NCBI RefSeq assembly: GCF_009914755.1
Contig: NC_060930.1
Strand: one strand, 5' to 3'
Origin: the human T2T-CHM13v2.0 reference genome, Homo sapiens
Length of the DNA stretch: 64,000 nt
Position numbers and translations under genes: made by a program. Of this stretch, positions 60,507-64,000 are shown piece by piece (within the stretch, counting starts at the first letter, position 1; the number at the start of each line of letters is the position of its first letter). The notes below the pieces were generated by a model. It was not told where the DNA came from. It saw nothing but the letters and a program-made list of their open reading frames with translations, and made no database searches.

Positions 60507-61645
60507 GTATCCTTTCTGAAGAAAAAGTAAGATACATATTACTAAACTTATGATGTATCAATTTGTAGACAGCTACATATGAATTATATGATTATAATAC
60601 CACTCTGTGCACCCCAACAGGAAAACCTGCCCATGATACTATGTAGCAGAAATACAAAGAAGAATGCAGACTATTTGAACAGGCCTGTTATATACACATA
60701 AAGATGAATAAATAACAAGGAAGAAAATGCAATGTGATATAGGTAATAAGTGTCATGCTTATCTGGGAGAAGGAGGAGAATTACTGATAGTTGGAGAGGA
60801 TGGGACAGGCCCATGGGAATAGTTGAACTTGGCCTGGGCCCTAAACAAAAGTCAGTGCCTTAGCAGCGAGAGAGATCAGGCCGAGCAGAGAGAGAGAGAT
60901 CACAGCCTGGGAAACACTGTGTGTGTAGAGGTGGAAAAACACATGGGAGTGTTCTCATGGCTTGTGCATAAAACTCCCAGGAGGTAGGATATAGTGGGAA
61001 GGAGATTGGTATGTGGGAGTCAGATGGCCAGTCACCAGATTGCCTTGGTGGTCAAGCTGAGGACTTTGGGTTTGGTGCTAGAACTTTTGAAAGGTTTTGT
61101 GCAGAAGAATGACATTTGCAAAGTAGTATTTAGGATGCTTGAGTTGACAACCGTTTTCAAGCTGGATTAAGTAAAATGAAACTAGAACAAGTAACATGAG
61201 TTAGGAAAAGATTGCAGTAGTCCAGGCAAGAGGGCAAAATAGATTAAAGAGAAGTAGGTTCAGCTTTGGGTTAAGCTGATGAGTTCAATTTTGTAAAAAT
61301 TTTATTTCCTTCAGTAGCTTCATGTCTCATTAATTTGTAGCTACATTGAAGCCTTTTAATAAAGTGCAATTATGGGGTTTAAGAAGGCAGCATGTACCAT
61401 CTAGAAGTGGTTTTTCGATTTTTTCTATCACCTTTTGAGATCACGTAGGGCATTTTTGCATTCAGCATGTTTTCTAGTATGTTAGACTTTTAAAGAAAAA
61501 GGCGTTTGTACATTTTCCCCCCACAGATAAGAAGTATTTGTAATGGATTTGTATTTTTCTTAGTTTTATTCTCTTTAGACATTTAAAAGAACCAAAAAAG
61601 AAACTTTTGCTTCTTCATTTTCAGTTGGGATTTGCAGTTTAATGG

Positions 61646-61817
61646 CCTCACATCTTTCTCCAGATCCCCAGGGTTTCTTTGTCTTATTTATGGAGAAAAA
61701 CCAGTCACTTTGTCCAGCGCACTGTGAGGCCCCACTCAGGCCAGCCCTGGCCCCCCTTGGTACTTGGAACCGAAGTTACAGATCTATATTAAAATAATAA
61801 TAATGTACAAAAAAAAA
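61646..61817 (+). pseudogene. Short retroposed mRNA 3'-end (processed pseudogene fragment, parent not identified)
   Basis: GC-richer segment not resembling a repeat I recognise; ATTAAA at 61788-61793; A9 tail at 61809-61817; imperfect flanking repeat AGTTTAATGG/AATTTAAAGG. Confidence 0.6.
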
Positions 61818-62804
61818 TTTAAAGGAGTGGTTGCTTTGAGACTATTAAGTGGGTGAATGTGACTGACCATTATTATGCTTTCTTGTACCAGGAGCATTTG
61901 AGAGGAGTGGTGCCAAGGGCACAGCTGGCGAGGTTAGCCTTGAAGAGCAGCAGGGCTGCCTTCTGTGAGGGGGACGAAAGGCTAGATAAAAGCACAGAGG
62001 GATTTTGAAATGAAGATCAGTGAGATTTATGTGCTACACTTGAAAATCAGGCTCATTACTTTATAATCACTTTCAACCAGTGAGTGGTATTATCTGGTTG
62101 ATCATTACTGCATAAAGAGATTTGATCCTGAATTACTTTTTTCTCTTTCCAAAAGTAAATTCTACCTGGGAAGAACACAGGTTTTTCACCACCAAGGATA
62201 CCAAAAAGAATGTGCTACAATTTCTAAAGGTAGTTCCTAAAAGATAGTTCTAAGCTGTTTTGTATTTCCAAGAGCTAACTCGGGTCCTGGCACATATTAA
62301 ACATAGTAAATGTTTGTTTTTTAAAATAGTGAGCACCATGATAGATGATCATTTTAAAGCTCGTAAGTTTAAACAATGAATCTAGTTTCCTGGTTATCAA
62401 GCGTTTAATGAATTCTGGAACTCTATATGATTATAAAAAGAGTAGCTTTTGATAAGAGTAGTTTATGAATACTACAGGCCAGGCACTAGTTGTACACACA
62501 TTACTTCACCTAGTCCTCCTGACCACCTTTGGTTACTTTACTGTTACTCCATTTTATAGAAGATGAGACTTGGCTCAGAAAGTTAAGTAAGGCGACATAA
62601 CTAATAAGCTGTATATTGGTTAAGCAGTTCACAATAAATTATTCAGTGTTCAGAATTTGCAGGTAGGTGACAAATTTTGACTGCTTTTAGAGTCTTATAC
62701 TCAGTTTGTCACCTCAGTATTACATATTATTCATAATTGAAACAGCCTATTAAATGACATATGTTCTCTTTGAGAGGTGTATGATCTTGGAAGACTAAGG
62801 AAGG

Positions 62805-63177
62805 TGTATTAGTCCATTCTCACACAGCTATGAAGAACTACCTGAGACTGGGTAATTTATGAAGAAAAGAGGTTTAATTGACTGTAGGCTTAACAGGAAG
62901 CATGACTGGGAGGCCTCAGGAAACTTACAATCATGGTGGAAGGTGAAGGGGAAGCACGCATGTCTTCACAATGGCAGAGCAGAAGAGAGAGCGAGCAAAG
63001 GGGGAAGTGCCACACACTTGCAAACAACCAGATCTTGTGAGAACTCACTGTCACAAAAACAGCAAGGGGGAAGTCCGCCTCCATGATGCAATCACCTCCC
63101 ACCAGACCCTACCCTGACACGTGGGGATTACAATTCGAAATGAGAGTTGGCTGGGGACACAGAGCGAAACCATATCA
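62805..63177 (-). mobile_element. MSTA-type MaLR solo LTR inside the U12 intron
   Basis: TG...CA ends; perfect TSD GAAGG. Confidence 0.9.
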
Positions 63178-63482
63178 GAAGGATTAGTTGTACTTGTTTA
63201 CATCCTTACTTGGCCATAGGGCTTTCCTTGGCCAGTAACCCTACACCTGGTTACCATTTTCTCTGAAATTTATGGAAAGCACTCCTTAGTCAGGTTGGAT
63301 ATTGCCTTCCCTTTGTAGCTGCACTGCAATTCTGAAGAACCATTAGATCAAGTGCTGTTCCATTCTTGGGTGGAGCTTTTGGTGTTCTTTAAGCCATTGG
63401 ACAAGCTGTATCTAAATGTTTATTTAAGGAATAATGACTCTCTTGGTCTTATGTGACAGTCATGAATGCTAAACAACCTTAA

Positions 63483-63602
<120 letters not shown>

Positions 63603-63718
63603 TGACAAACAGTATCTTCACTGACCTTTTAACCTTTTATATCAGCTTTGCTGATGTAGAAGCACAGTGAAATTTTAAGAAGTGGTATTTCTTAGTTTGG
63701 GATATTATCAAGAGAATA

Positions 63719-64000
63719 CAGTTGCCTTTTAGTATCAACAAGGGATTGGTTCTAGGAACCCTCTTCCCATCCAAAATCCACAGATGCTGAAGTCTCTTAC
63801 ATAATATGGCCTAGTGCTTGCATATAACCTATGTACATCCATCTGTATACTTTAAATCATCTCTAGATTACTTCTAATATCTAATATGATGTAAATGCTA
63901 TGCAAATAGTTCTAATACTGTATTGTTAAGGGAATAATGACAATAAAAAAGGTCTGCACGTATTCAGTTCAGATGCAACCATCGTAGGCCTAACTACATT
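63719..64000 (+). mobile_element. MER2-like MITE (cut by the window end)
   Basis: CAGTTGCC...GGGATTGGTTCTAGG...CCAAAATCCACAGATGCT; reverse-complement homologue of 53534-53874. Confidence 0.8.

Noticed and set aside
60278-60553. 91-aa ATG-initiated ORF
   Set aside because: Exon 7 plus in-frame intronic flanks; no evidence of an independent gene

Overview
Human genomic DNA, recognised from the encoded protein and a human-type AluYa5. The window holds the 5' part of FIG4 (SAC3 PI(3,5)P2 5-phosphatase; CMT4J/Yunis-Varon gene) on the + strand: coding exons 1-8 (codons 1-292), which splice into a continuous frame. A CpG-rich promoter at about 12.4-13.6 kb is probably shared head-to-head with AK9 on the - strand; that assignment comes from known gene order, and no AK9 coding sequence is visible here. 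Most of the rest is transposon-derived: two near full-length decayed L1s, a 5'-truncated L1PA8, an ERV-L (HERV16/LTR16-like) provirus remnant, MaLR LTRs, about 13 Alus, a full-length HSMAR2 mariner, a MER85 piggyBac MITE and Tigger-derived MITEs. The most notable region is FIG4 intron 7, a U12-type (minor spliceosome) intron. It also carries a cryptic U2-type donor 20 nt in and a sense-strand retroposed mRNA 3'-end with its own acceptor and poly(A) signal, a possible splice/polyadenylation switch. Other leads are a second minus-strand promoter with an RFX X-box, two chained uORFs before the FIG4 ATG, and a recent 81-bp duplication. Repeat subfamily calls are from recalled consensus features, not a RepeatMasker run. 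The supplied ORF track is almost entirely repeat-derived.
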